DNA from: Mobula hypostoma
Taxonomy: Eukaryota
Direction of reading: 5' to 3'
DNA: 64,000 bases
Assembly (NCBI RefSeq): GCF_963921235.1
Contig: NC_086108.1
Location: 30,196,001 to 30,260,000, forward strand
Positions 13,985 to 24,918 of this stretch are shown here, one piece after another. Each line of letters begins with the position of its first letter. Position 1 is the stretch's first letter. The notes under the pieces are model-generated. The model searched no databases. It saw only the letters and a program-made list of their open reading frames with translations, and was not told the DNA's origin. The position numbers and the translations under genes were made by a program.

Positions 13985-14612
13985 TTCAAGTCAAGTCACT
14001 TTTTATTGTCATTTCGACCATAAATGCTGGTACAGTACACAGTAAAAATGAGACAATGTTTTTCAGGACCATGGTGCTACATGAACAATACAAAAACTAC
14101 ACTGAACGACGTAAAACAACACAAAACTACGCTAGACTACAGATCTACCCAGGACTGCATAAAGTGCACAAAACAGTACAGGCATTACAATAAATAATAA
14201 ACAAGACAATAGGCACATTAGAGGGCAGTAGGTTGGTGTCAGTCCAGGCTCTGGGTATTGAGGAGTCTAATGGTTTGGGGGAAGAAACTGTTACATAGTC
14301 CAATCGTGAGAGCCCGAATACTTTGGTGTCTTTTGCCAGATGGCAGGAGGGAGGAGAGTTTGTGTGAGGGGTGTGTGGGGTCCTTCATAATACTGTTTGC
14401 TTTACAGATGCAGCGTGTGGTGTAAGTGTCTGTAATGGCAGGAAGAGAGACCCCGATGAACTTCTCAGCTGATCTCACTATCCGCTGCAGGGTCTTGCGA
14501 TCCGAGATGGTGCAATTTCTGAACCAAGCAGTGATGCAGCTGCTCAGGATGTTCTCAATACAACCTCTGTAGAATGTGGTGAGGATGCGGGGTGGGAGAT
14601 GGACTTTTCTCA
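13985..14612 (-). mobile_element. Rex1/Babar-like LINE 3' end inserted in CR1
   Basis: ORF 14239-14478 (KDPTHPSHKLSSLLPSGKR..NSFFPQTIRLLN), then aataaa and a (tgact)n tail. Confidence 0.8.
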
Positions 14613-15257
14613 GCCTTTCTTAAAGAGTGGAGTGACATTTGCAATTTTCCAGTCTTCTGGCACCATGCCAGAGTCCAATGATTTTTGAAAGCATTACTAA
14701 TGCCTCCACAATCTCTACGGCTATCTCTTTCAGAACCCTAGTATGCAGTCTATCTGGTTTGGGTGACTTGTGTACCCTTAGGTCTTTCAGCTTTTTGCTT
14801 CTCCTTTGTAATAGTAACTGCACCCGCTCCTCTTCCTTCACATCCTTCAACACCTGGCAGACTGACAGTGTCTTGCACAATGAAAACTGATGCAAAAATA
14901 CTCACTTAGTTCATCTGCCATCTCCTTGTCCCGCATTACTTTTCTGGCCTCATTTTCTAGCACTCCCATATCAACTCTCATCTTTTTTTTAAAAAATACA
15001 TACTTGAAGCAACTTTTTCAATTGACATTGATATGGTTTGTTAGCTTATTTTCATATTTCATTTTTTTCCCTCTTAATGATTCTTTTAGATGCTCTCTGT
15101 AGGGTTTTAAAAGCTTCCCAAACCAAGCCATTGCTGCTCTTCTGTCATCCCTGCCAGCCTCTCCTTCCAATTTACTATGGCCAATTCCCCTCATACCACT
15201 GTAATTTCCTTAACTCCACTGCAATACTGCTAAGTCAGACTTCACTTTCTCCCTATT

Positions 15258-15784
15258 AAGAGATCAATCCTCCCACCACATTTCATTGGTTCTCTCAAAC
15301 TATGTTGTGTTTAAATTTAGAAAAAATTAGAAGTGTCACTTATGATCCTTCTATTAAATTTGAAAACACTTGGAGGCCATTTATTCAACACTTCCATATG
15401 ATGTAATTTAACCTTTTCCAAACCTATTCTATTTCTTTTAAATATATGCAGAGAGGAGCAGAGTCAATGACATTAATGGTTCTTTTTGACATTACACAAC
15501 AGCCCATGTCTTTTTGTTTAGTTGGTTAGCATTGTTTAGATTAGTTTTTTCTTGGGGGGGTGTATTTTTTTTCCTTTTCCTTTTTCATGCTATTTCTGGG
15601 TTTTTTTTTGTATATTATATTCGTATTTTATACGATTTTGGGAGGTTTAATACCTGTGTGCCAACTGAGTTTATATTTATATATGTTAATTATTAACAAG
15701 GTAATCCCAATAGCTTTGTATTAATACTATGTTATGTTTATCATTTTGATATTAATAAAAAGATTGAAAAAGAAAGAAAAGAAA
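15258..15784 (+). mobile_element. L1-clade LINE 3' end (ORF2 C-terminus, 3' UTR, A-rich tail) inserted in CR1
   Basis: 15260-15406 reads EINPPTTFHWFSQTMLCLNLEKIR...KFENTWRPF...stop, resembling fish L1 ORF2 ends. T-rich UTR, AATAAA and gaaaaagaaagaaaagaaa tail. Confidence 0.75.
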
Positions 15785-16835
15785 TTTCAAGTTGAACTCA
15801 ATCATTGCTTCTGAAGGTTCATTTACCTTAAGCTTCCAAATCGCCTGTAAGCATAACACCCAGTCTAGCTGATTCCCTAGTAGGTTCAACAACAAATTGC
15901 TCTAAAAAGCCATCTCATAGGCATTCAACGAACTCCTTCTCTTGAGATCCATTACCAACCTGATTTTCCAAATCTACCTGCATATTAAAATCTCCCATGA
16001 CTATCATAACATTGCCCTTTAGACATGCCTTTTTTGTTTCCCATTGTAATCTGTACTGAACATCCCAACTACTGTTTGGAGACCTGTACATAATTGCCAT
16101 CAGGGTTCTTTTACCCTTGCAGTTTCTTAACTCAACCCACAAGGATTCAAAATCTTCTGATCCCATGTCACATTTTCTATGGATTTGATGCCATTCATTA
16201 TCAGCAGAGCCATGCCAACCCCTCTGCCTACCTTCCTATACCTCCAATACACTGTGTAACCTTGGACAATCAGCTCTCAGATACAACCATCCTTCATCCA
16301 CGATTCAGTGATGGCCACAACATCATACCTGACAACTTGTAAAAGTGCAACAAGATTATCTACTATATTTCTTACACTCCATGCATTCAGCTATAACACC
16401 GGGTACTGTATTTACTCCCATTTTGATTCTGCATCCCTTAGGCACTGATACTCACCCTGCTGGCTGCAATTTTGTCCCATCATCTGCCTGCCCTTCCTAA
16501 CAGCCTGAATGCACACCATCTTTGCTTTTCTTACCATTCGTCCTATCCTAAGTCCCTTTACTCTGGTTCTCAACCACCAGCCAAATTAGTTCAAACCCTC
16601 CCGAACAGCTCTATCAAACCTGCCTGCAAGAATATTGGTTCCCCCTCGGGTTCAGGTGCAACCAGTCCCTTTTGTACAGGTCATACCTCCCACAGAAGAG
16701 TTCCCAATGACGTAACATCTGAAGTGTCCTCCTTCTTCTAGGAGCATGGCTTCTCTTCTGCTGTGGTCAACAGAGCGCCCTCAATTGTCCTTCACTATTG
16801 ACATAATTCTGCTCTCAATCCACCTACCTCAAGAC

Positions 16836-16911
16836 CGTGGATTCCCAACCTGGGTCCACGGACTGTTTGCTTTATGTTATTGGCCCATGGCATAAAAAAA
16901 GGGAACTCCTG
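16836..16911. mobile_element. hAT(Charlie)-type MITE
   Basis: Ends resemble CAGGGGTTCCCAACC/GGTTGGGAACCCCTG. Flanks ctcaagac/ctctagag form a degenerate 8-bp TSD. Confidence 0.65.
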
Positions 16912-17775
16912 CTCTAGAGAGGACAGAGAATTCCCGAGTCCTCACCTTTCACTCTACAAGCCCCCGCGTTCATCCTTTCCACCAGCTGTAATGCAATCCC
17001 ACCACCAGCCATATCTACTCTTTCCCACCCCTTTCTGTAGAGGGGATGCCATCTGCGACTCATTGGTAAAATCAACCCTCCCCTCCAAGCCCTGCTTGAC
17101 TGATGCCTCTTCTTGCGTGAACGTCCCAAGCATGATGCCTGCTCTTGTTTTGCTGAATAAAGATTTCTGTATCCACCAGCTTCAGTATCTCTCTGGTGAC
17201 TTTGCTCACAGTCAAAATACACTTCTGTCCTTCACTCATCTGATACAAGTACTGGTGGTCCTTTATGTTCCTACTGATCAACCTCCAACAACTGTCTTTA
17301 ATGTTCACACTCCCCTCTTCCCACTTCACTCCACATGCCTTACTTTTCTGCCCTTTTCCTGTCTCAATCCATCGTCCACCTACCACTGTCTCCCAGATCC
17401 ACCTCCCTTCCCTGGTGCAACCTGGCCACCATCTTTCACCTTTCCTCAGTCCAGAAATGACCTCGGACAACCGTCTCTCGACTCCACCACCCCTTCTCTT
17501 TATACTGGCCGTCTCCCCTCTCAGTCCTGATGCAGAAGGTCAATGATTCACATAGAAAATACCACTTTCCTCCCACCCTCACCCAGATGCTGCCTAACCC
17601 CAGTTCCTCCAGTAGATTGTTCGTTGCAGTGGTTAAAATGTGTTTCAATATACAAAAAAAAGTTGCATATTGCAATTATGAAAATAAGACTGCATTGTTA
17701 GCCATTCATATATCATTATGTATTTAGACCCCTCTCAGTGGCATTATGTTTTATAATATATTATATATATACATC

Positions 17776-17859
17776 CTATTGTTTTCTTCCATTTTCATAA
17801 CAAGTGATATATATATAATACACTGTATCACTTGTTATGAAAATGGAAGAGAACAATAG
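17776..17859. repeat. Near-perfect inverted repeat, 34-bp arms and 16-nt loop
   Basis: Arms 17776-17809 and 17826-17859 are reverse complements with one mismatch. Confidence 0.9.
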
Positions 17860-19992
17860 AGGATTTCAGTTATTTTGTTACTGCTGTATTACAAATAAAG
17901 ACACAAGTTAACAAATAGTTTTTTTCAAATCTTAGGTGTAACCTGAGAACCAGCTGACAGCTCATTTCCAAAAGGCAATTACAGAAGTTGGCCTTGCTTT
18001 ATATGGGACAATATATCAACTGAAATTGAGATAAGAAGAAAGGAGAATGAATAAAGTTGTTGATACCGGAAATCTGAAAAGAACAAATTACTGAGGAAAT
18101 ACTAAGTAGCTCAAGCTACACCCATGGTTAGATATCAGTTAACTCTTATCTCCAATAACAAAAAGACAAATGAGGCTTTGTTTAAATTACATCTGCCACA
18201 AGATTAAGATGGTGACTGAGAGTTCTTATAGGAGAACTCAGAATATTCACTTGCAAGGACGGGGATAGAGAAAAAACGATTTGTAACTGTTTGCTCATTA
18301 AGGGGAAATTCAATGGTGTACTGTGCAGTTACAAGTTGAGAAGAGGAGCTAAAAATAAATTGGCAGGGGGAAGAGAAAAAAGAGAACCAGAAACTTTTTA
18401 AGGTGGATTTGCACGAGTGTTGGCTTAATAGTTTCACCCGCTCAAGATGACAGCTAAGAATTTGAAGCGACTGTCAAGACTGAGCTGCCCCATGTCCTGT
18501 TAACCATCCTCTTGCTCAATCTGTGATTTTCAGAATAAGTCAAAGTTTTTTATGCTGCGTTTCCTCTTCTGGAGTCATTCACTACTTTCTCTAGCATGGT
18601 GCCACAATGTATGTTGCAAGGTTATTCAGTAATGTTGGGGGGGGGGGTGGGTGGCCTTGGAACCAGCTAATATTCAGATCCATTTCCATCGTGCTGGCTG
18701 ATATGGAACAAGCAAAATGCTGTACAGTAAACCATCAATTTTCCCTCTATGATGTCCTTTGTCCTACCCACTTACAGATAAACCTGGAAGGCAACTAGGC
18801 CACAGACACTGCTTTCACACAGATGGTAAAAATAAATCTCCATTGTTTTCCTATGAAGCACAATTCCACAACACTAAAGAAAATATACACAGTTGAAAAG
18901 TTCTTACTTCTCAAAAGAATTTCTTTAACCTCACTGATTGAGAGACATCAGAATTGTTGTGAAAAAAAACCTACTAGTTTCATCAAGCTCGACTTTGAAA
19001 ACCCCAGTAAGCACATATTGCAATGGTGAGTGGATTTGAATCACTTGATTCACCAGGTCTGTGCTATTTCATTGTAGAGCTTTTCAATCTCCCTTCTTTT
19101 CTTCCAAAATTTGAAAATTATTTTCTCGTGCCCACGTGTCTCCTATTAGAAAGCTCTGATTGTTTCCTTTACTGCTCCCATTACTCCAATCTTTTTTAAC
19201 TCTATCTCACAGACTTTGAAAATTCCACTGATGTCAAAAGATTCTCCGTCTCCCTTGCTTAAACCCACTGTGACTGTGTACACTACCATCAAATTCTGTA
19301 TAATCTTCTTCACTGAATGGAAGCAACTCTAGTTCTATTTATCCTTGAAGCTGAAACCCCTCATTCTTGGAACCATCGCAGTACACCCCTTTCCGCTTCC
19401 TCCCCAATACCTTCCTAAACAAAAGTGAGGAGCGTTGAATGTAATGCTCTGGTTATGGCCAAAGTAGGATTAACAGAAGTCTGGTTGCTTTTCTTTTGTA
19501 CTTTAAAGAATTCCAGAATTCCATGCATTTTACTAACTATTCTCTCAATAAACTCAGTCATTTCCAAAGATTTGTTCACCTATATAGCAAGGTACCTCTA
19601 TACTCCTTCGAACTGTGTACTTTATTCTCTACTAAGATTCCTCATTCTTTGCCTTCCAGGTGTTGAGGCACAGAGGGATTTGGATGAAGGTGTGCATAAA
19701 GTCCTTGAAAGGCCACAGGCCATGTTGAGCAAGGTATGGAATCCTGGAATTCAAGAGATTTGCCATCCATTTCTACTGTCTGTACTTGACTGCACCTCCA
19801 ATTTTTGAAATCCTCTCCTCCAACCCATTTTGACAGAAAATGATGGGTGGTCCTAACAGTAACAGTCCGCATCTTCTGAAAGGAACTCACGAAAAACACA
19901 ACACAAAGAACGTCAAATAGCATCCGTACCAAAAAATATCAATAATAAAAAGTAAAAAAGGAATCTGAACCACAGAGTCCCCAAAAGCGAGT

Positions 19993-20165
19993 CCACAGCC
20001 ACAGAGCCAGTAGTGTTGAGGCGAGTGAAAGCTGTACAGGAGCCTGGTGGCTGCAGGCCATAGCTATGGAACCAGTTCAATGCTGAGCAGAGTGAAGCCG
20101 GTCCAGGAGCCTGATGGCTGCAGGCCACAGCCATGGAGCCAGTTTAACGCTGAGGCGAGTAAACC
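19993..20165. repeat. ~66-bp unit tandem repeat, about 2.5 copies
   Basis: Recurrent ccacagcc..gagccagt..ctgaggcgagt..caggagcctg.tggctgcagg. Resembles Rex-family 3' sequence seen near 55740-55810. Confidence 0.7.
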
Positions 20166-20220
20166 AGATTTAAAAGGTCAAGGCCGAGGGTGAAGGACAA
20201 ACAGGTGTAATGAGTTGAAG

Positions 20221-20846
20221 CAAGACACATCAAAGTTGCTGGTGAACGCAGCAGGCCAGGCAGCATCTCTAGGACGAGGTACAGTCGACGTTTCAGGCCG
20301 AGACCCTTCATCAGGACTAACTGAAGGAAGAGTTAGTAAGAGATTTGAAAGTGGGAGGGGGAGGAGGAGATCCAAAATGATAGGAGAAGACAGGAGAGGG
20401 AGGGATGGAGCCAAGAGCTGGACAGGTGATTGGCAAAGGGGATATGAGAGGATCATGGGACAGGAGGCCCAGGGAGAAGGAAGGGGGGGGGGAGAGGAGA
20501 ACCTGGAGGATGGGCAAGGGGTACAGTCAGAGGGACAGAGGGAGAAAAAAGGAGAGTGAGAGAAAGAAAGTGTGTATAAAAATAAATAACGGATGGGGTA
20601 CGAGGGGGAGGTGGGGCATTATCGGAAGTTAGAGAAGTCAATGTTCATGCCACCAGGTTGGAGGCTACCCAGACGGAATATAAGGTGTTGTTACTCCAAC
20701 CTGAGTGTGGCTTCATCTTTACTGAACACCTATGCTTTGTCCGCCAGAGAAAGCAGGATCTCCCAGTGGCAATACATTTTAATTCCACATCCCATTCCCA
20801 TTCTGATATGTCTATCCACAGCCTCCTCTACTGTAAAGAAGAGGCC
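20221..20846 (-). mobile_element. Penelope-like pLTR plus GIY-YIG C-terminus with an inverted 5' segment (~20721-20846)
   Basis: Minus strand reads TLRLE*QHLIFRLGSLQPGGMNIDFSNFR. Plus-strand segment reads EHL..RQRKQDLPVAIHFNSTSHSHSDM. Closely related to the 48181-50001 element. Confidence 0.85.
20283..20318 (-). ncRNA. Minimal type I hammerhead ribozyme motif (Penelope pLTR type)
   Basis: RNA AGUC-CUGAUGA-AGGgucucggCCU-GAAAC-GUC^GACU. Helix I AGUC/GACU, intact core boxes, short helix II, palindromic ACGU helix III, GUC cleavage triplet. Confidence 0.8.
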
Positions 20847-21699
20847 GCCGGTTTGTCCGTCACCTTCACGTTTGACTTTAAAAAAATTCTGGCCTGGCAT
20901 TTAAAATCAGCCAAACATCAGTTTGTTTTTCTCTCTCAGGCCCAGGCCCTGCCATTTCCATTCAGCCCCAAGTCCACTCCAGCAATGACCAAATATAGAT
21001 TCATTTTTCACTCTCAGTCGAGGACCCCACTACTTCAATCTGGCAACATCAACAGATCAAGAAGTTCTGCCCACAAAACTAGCAAAATAGTAATTTGGCA
21101 GCCAGTTAAGCAATACCATGGCTTGAAGGATGTGAAGAAATTTTTTGACACTCAAACATTATATTTAAAAAAAAAGCTTCTAGAATTTTCTAAAAATATC
21201 AACCAAAAATCTTAAACATCTAAAAAAATGTTTAAAGTTTGAATTAGAACATTTTAGAAAGAACACCTGAAGAAAAATCTATTTATTTGGTCCCTCGCAG
21301 CTGCTCTCCTTCACTGAAACTAAAGAGAAACTATTGTGTCTGGAACAGGTTCTCGAAGCAGACTCCCCAGTGCAAGCATTGAGAAATTGCAACTTCCAAT
21401 TCTGCCACAGGACTCTGCAGGGAACTGCTGGAATTTCCCCACAAAATCCAGTCCAATATTTGGAAGCTAAGTAACAGAAAGGTTGGAAATGGCAACAGGT
21501 AGAACAAGATGCATTATCTTAGTCATTTAAATGGCTTTTACATTAGATTTTCCTCAGAGTAGATTTGAGTTATTTCTCACCCCTCACTCAATGCTGCCGA
21601 AGGCCATTACTTCACAAGCTCAGTTATTGTGTGAGTTTCTGTGAAATCCATAATGACTGCAAGTCAGGGTTTTAGTAAATAGCAGCAGCAACTGTAGAG

Positions 21700-21960
21700 T
21701 GGCATGGTATTGTAGTGGTTAATACAATGCCTTACAGTACAGGCGATCCTGTAAAGAGTTTATACGTTCTTCCAATATCCACGTGGATTTCCTCCCGGTG
21801 CTCCTGTTTCCTCCCACACTCCAAAGACGAGCTGGCTGGTAGGTTAATTCGTCACTGTAAATTGTCAACAACCAACTGCAATGACTAATGAACTACAGTG
21901 CTAAGCAGCGTGGCTCAGAAAGCCAATTCTGTGCTGTGTCACAATAATTAAATAAATCAC
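21700..21960 (+). mobile_element. V-SINE/HE1-like SINE
   Basis: A-box tattgtagtgg and V-core tttcctcccggtgctcctgtttcctcccacactccaaagacg. Confidence 0.75.
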
Positions 21961-22109
21961 TAAAAAAAAGCTACGTACAAGTACAAATCTGGAGTAAGCC
22001 TCTTGGCTTCGAGTATGTTCCACCATTTAATCAGACTGACTGTTCTGAACATAACCTCAACATCATATTTCAGTCTCCCCACAGTAATCTTTCACCTGTT
22101 TGCTTAAAT

Positions 22110-22740
22110 ATTATTATGATTATGAGGACATGCAGTCCTCTTTTATTGTCATTTAGTAATGCGGCATTAAGAAACGATAAAATGTTTTTCCAGAATGATA
22201 TCACGAAAACATATGACATACCGACTTAAAAACTAACAAAAACCACATAATTATAACATATAGTTATAACAGTGCAAATCAATACCGTAATTTGATAAGA
22301 ACAGACCATGGCACAGTAAAAGTCTCAGTCTCTCGAAAGTCCCATCATCTCATGCAGACGGTAAACCTCCAGCACCACCAACTGCCGGTGCAGCATCCCG
22401 GAAGCATCCGACCACAGTCCAACTCCCAGTCTGTCCAAAAAAACTCCAAGCCTCTGACCACCTCCCAACACCGAGCACCATCTCTGCCGAGCGCTTCAAC
22501 ACCAGCCCTGACAACAGGCGATACGCAAAGCCGAGGATTTGGGGCCTATGTCTCCGGAGATTCTCGATCGCACAGTAGCAGCGGCAGCAAAGCAGGCATT
22601 TCAGAAGTTTCTCCAGATGTTCCTCTGCGCTTCTCACGGCTGTCTCCATCAAATCTGGATTGTGCACGGCACCCCTAGTTACACATATCGATATCATTCG
22701 GAACGGCCACGCGCGCTGCGTCACTCCGCCATCTTCTTCT
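22110..22740 (-). mobile_element. Non-autonomous LINE-derived retroelement with a CpG-rich 5' end (AAGATGGCG) and (cataat)n tail
   Basis: The reverse strand starts agaagaagatggcggagtgacgcagcgcg and ends gacaataaaagaggactgcatgtcctcataatcataat. No credible ORF. Confidence 0.55.
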
Positions 22741-22862
22741 CTATCCCATATTCATCCACCTCAGAGCGGAGCAGCAGATGAAAAGGCTCTTTGGCCAGTA
22801 CATGTCCATGCCAACCAAGATGTACTATATGCAAGCTCATTTCATTTCTAGGCACTTGGCTC

Positions 22863-22942
22863 ACAGCCCTCTCAACCTTCTTTATGCCATGGACCAATAC
22901 CATTAAGCAAGGAGCCCATGGACCCCAGGTTGGGTGCCCCTG
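22863..22942. mobile_element. hAT-type MITE (same family as 16836 and 52040)
   Basis: caaccttctttatgccatggacc...catggaccccaggttgggtgcccctg followed by ctctaaac. Confidence 0.65.
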
Positions 22943-22959
22943 CTCTAAACTCTTGTCAT

Positions 22960-24890
22960 CCTTACAGCTGACCACATGCTTCCCATTGCTGCCTCAACCA
23001 GTTCCTCAGGAAGCTGCTTCCACCCACTGTTACAAAAATTCTGCATATCAGCTAATTAAACACTTCACCTTCCATTTTATAACTATGTCCACTAGCTTTC
23101 AATTTTCCAACGATGGGGAAAAATGGCCATTCACCCCAACTATACCGTTCTTCATCTTACATATTTTTATGAGATCACCTCTCAAGAAATAAAAGCCCAA
23201 CCTGTCTAACCTTTCCCTAAAAATCAATCCCTTGAGTCCCAGCAAAATTCTGGTAAACATTCTACCTTTTTTTTGCAACACACATTCCAGCATCTGCAGA
23301 ATTCCTGTTGTTTACCTTTTTTTTGCATTTTTTCCCCAGTTCAATCACATCCTTCCTATAGCAGGGTGACCAAAAATTGAACGCATTTCTCCAAGTGTGG
23401 GTTCACTAATGACTTGTACAATCGAAACATAACCTCCCAACTTCTATATTCAAAGCCCTGGCTGATGAAGAACAGCATATCAAAAAGAGGCAGTGAAGAC
23501 AAGTTAAGTAAATTAAATGACTAAGTAAATTGTACACCTATACTCCCAAGTCCGTGTTCTATAACAGTACCCAGGGCCATTCAATTCAATGTAGTAAGTC
23601 CAACCTCGACATTTCCTTTCAAAATGTAAAGGGCAGCACAGTAGTGTAGTGGTGAGCATAACACTTTAGAGTACAGGAGACCCGGGTTCAATTCCCACTG
23701 CTCTCTGTAAGGAGTTTGTACATAATCCCCCGTTGTAAATTGTCCTGTGATTAGGCTGGGATTAAATCAGGGGATTTCTGGGCAGCACAGCTCAAAGGGA
23801 TGGAAAGGCCTAATCCAGGGTTTATCTCATTGATAAACTCTTTGTACTTATCTGAAATAAATTCCATTTGCCATTTAACCCACCTATCTATCTAATCGAG
23901 ATTCCACTGCAACTCTTGCTACTCCAATTCTTACTCACTTCCTCTCAACCAGCTCCACTTACAAATCTTGCATACTTTCTCTGAACTGCTTCTGACACAT
24001 TACATTATTTTCAAGACTATACATAGTACTTGAGATATGTGGTCAATTGAAACATAACCTCATAATGTGCTTTCAATTCCTATTGCAATAATTATACTGT
24101 AGTATTGTGTCAACTTTCCAAATTAATTGCAGGGTTGCTGCTTGCTGGCTATCAGACCACTTATTTTAGGGACATCTGCAAAGTCTTTTAACTATCATTA
24201 TATATTCTCATCCAAATTGTTCATATTGATAACAAATAACGAGCCCAGCACCAACACCCCCCCCCCGAGGTTCATCACTAATCACAACTGCCAATCCACC
24301 ATGAACCTGTTTCCTATCATCCAGCCAACTTTGCATTGTTTGCTCTCTCTCCTTGGATGCCATATTATCTAATCTTACCATGCCAGAACATTATCAAAAG
24401 CTTTACTGTAATCCATATGTACTATATGTACACCACACCGCATTGTCACTTTGTCAAAAATCTCCATAAAATTTCCCATGCACAAAGTCACACTGGCTAC
24501 CCCTAAATCAACCCCTGCCCTTCCAAATGCAAACATACCCCACTCTTTAGAATGCTTTTCCAGCAGTTTACCTACCACTATTAGGCTAATGGGTCTATAA
24601 TTACCAGCTCTAAGTTTATAGCCCTACTTAAATAAACAGAATGTTATTTAAGTCCAATACCTCACTAGAGGATAATGACGTTGCAAATATCCCAGTGAGG
24701 ACTCCTACAATTTCTTCTCTAGCATTCCATAGTGTTCTTGAATACACCTCGTCTGAACCTGGAGATATATCTGAATACTCTTCTACTGTAATACAGACTG
24801 CTCTCAAAATATCTTCATTAAATTTGCCAGGTTCCCAAATGTTCACATCTTTTTCCACAGAAAAAAAATACAGGAGAAATAATCACTGAG
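22960..24890 (-). mobile_element. Degenerate CR1 RT fragments with an embedded V-SINE
   Basis: FTRILLGLKGL..RERLDRLG, VGKLLEK..MDYSKAFD and SPGSDEVYSRTLW fragments. Confidence 0.7.
23631..23837 (+). mobile_element. tRNA-derived V-SINE/HE1-like SINE with a well-preserved head
   Basis: ggcagcacagtagtgtagtgg (A box), ggttcaattccc (B box), then tgtaaggagtttgtac, with an internal deletion. Confidence 0.8.
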
Positions 24891-24918
24891 AACTGCTCCT
24901 GCTCTTTGAGGGGTCTTA

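Larger units (their letters stand above)
12560..16710 (-). mobile_element. CR1 LINE (end of ORF1, APE, RT, 3' tail), itself interrupted
   Basis: APE fragment ESLWVELRN..YRSPN..MGDFN (15915-16166) and RT fragment QGSVLG..YINDLD..KFADDTK (13411-13722). Confidence 0.9.
12170..17620 (+). mobile_element. Penelope-like element remnant split by nested insertions (pieces ~12170-12290, 12460-12558, 16714-17620)
   Basis: FLDL..GDKLFTDICYKPTNSHNYLDY, then FSQFLHLCCICSQDNAFCSRT, continuing after the CR1 as TSEVSSFF*EHGF. Ends in a pLTR-like pyrimidine tract with a truncated hammerhead (cagtcCTGATG near 17522). Confidence 0.75.

Noticed and set aside
16874..17530. 218-aa ORF
   Set aside because: It spans a hAT MITE and decayed Penelope pLTR pyrimidine tracts, with no coherent domain.
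19993..20165. Repeat-spacer-like periodicity (CRISPR-like)
   Set aside because: The units are contiguous diverged tandem copies without unique spacers, the context is eukaryotic, and there are no cas genes.
23631..23705. tRNA-like sequence with A and B boxes
   Set aside because: It runs directly into the V-SINE core and recurs in degenerate form elsewhere, so it is a SINE head rather than a tRNA gene.
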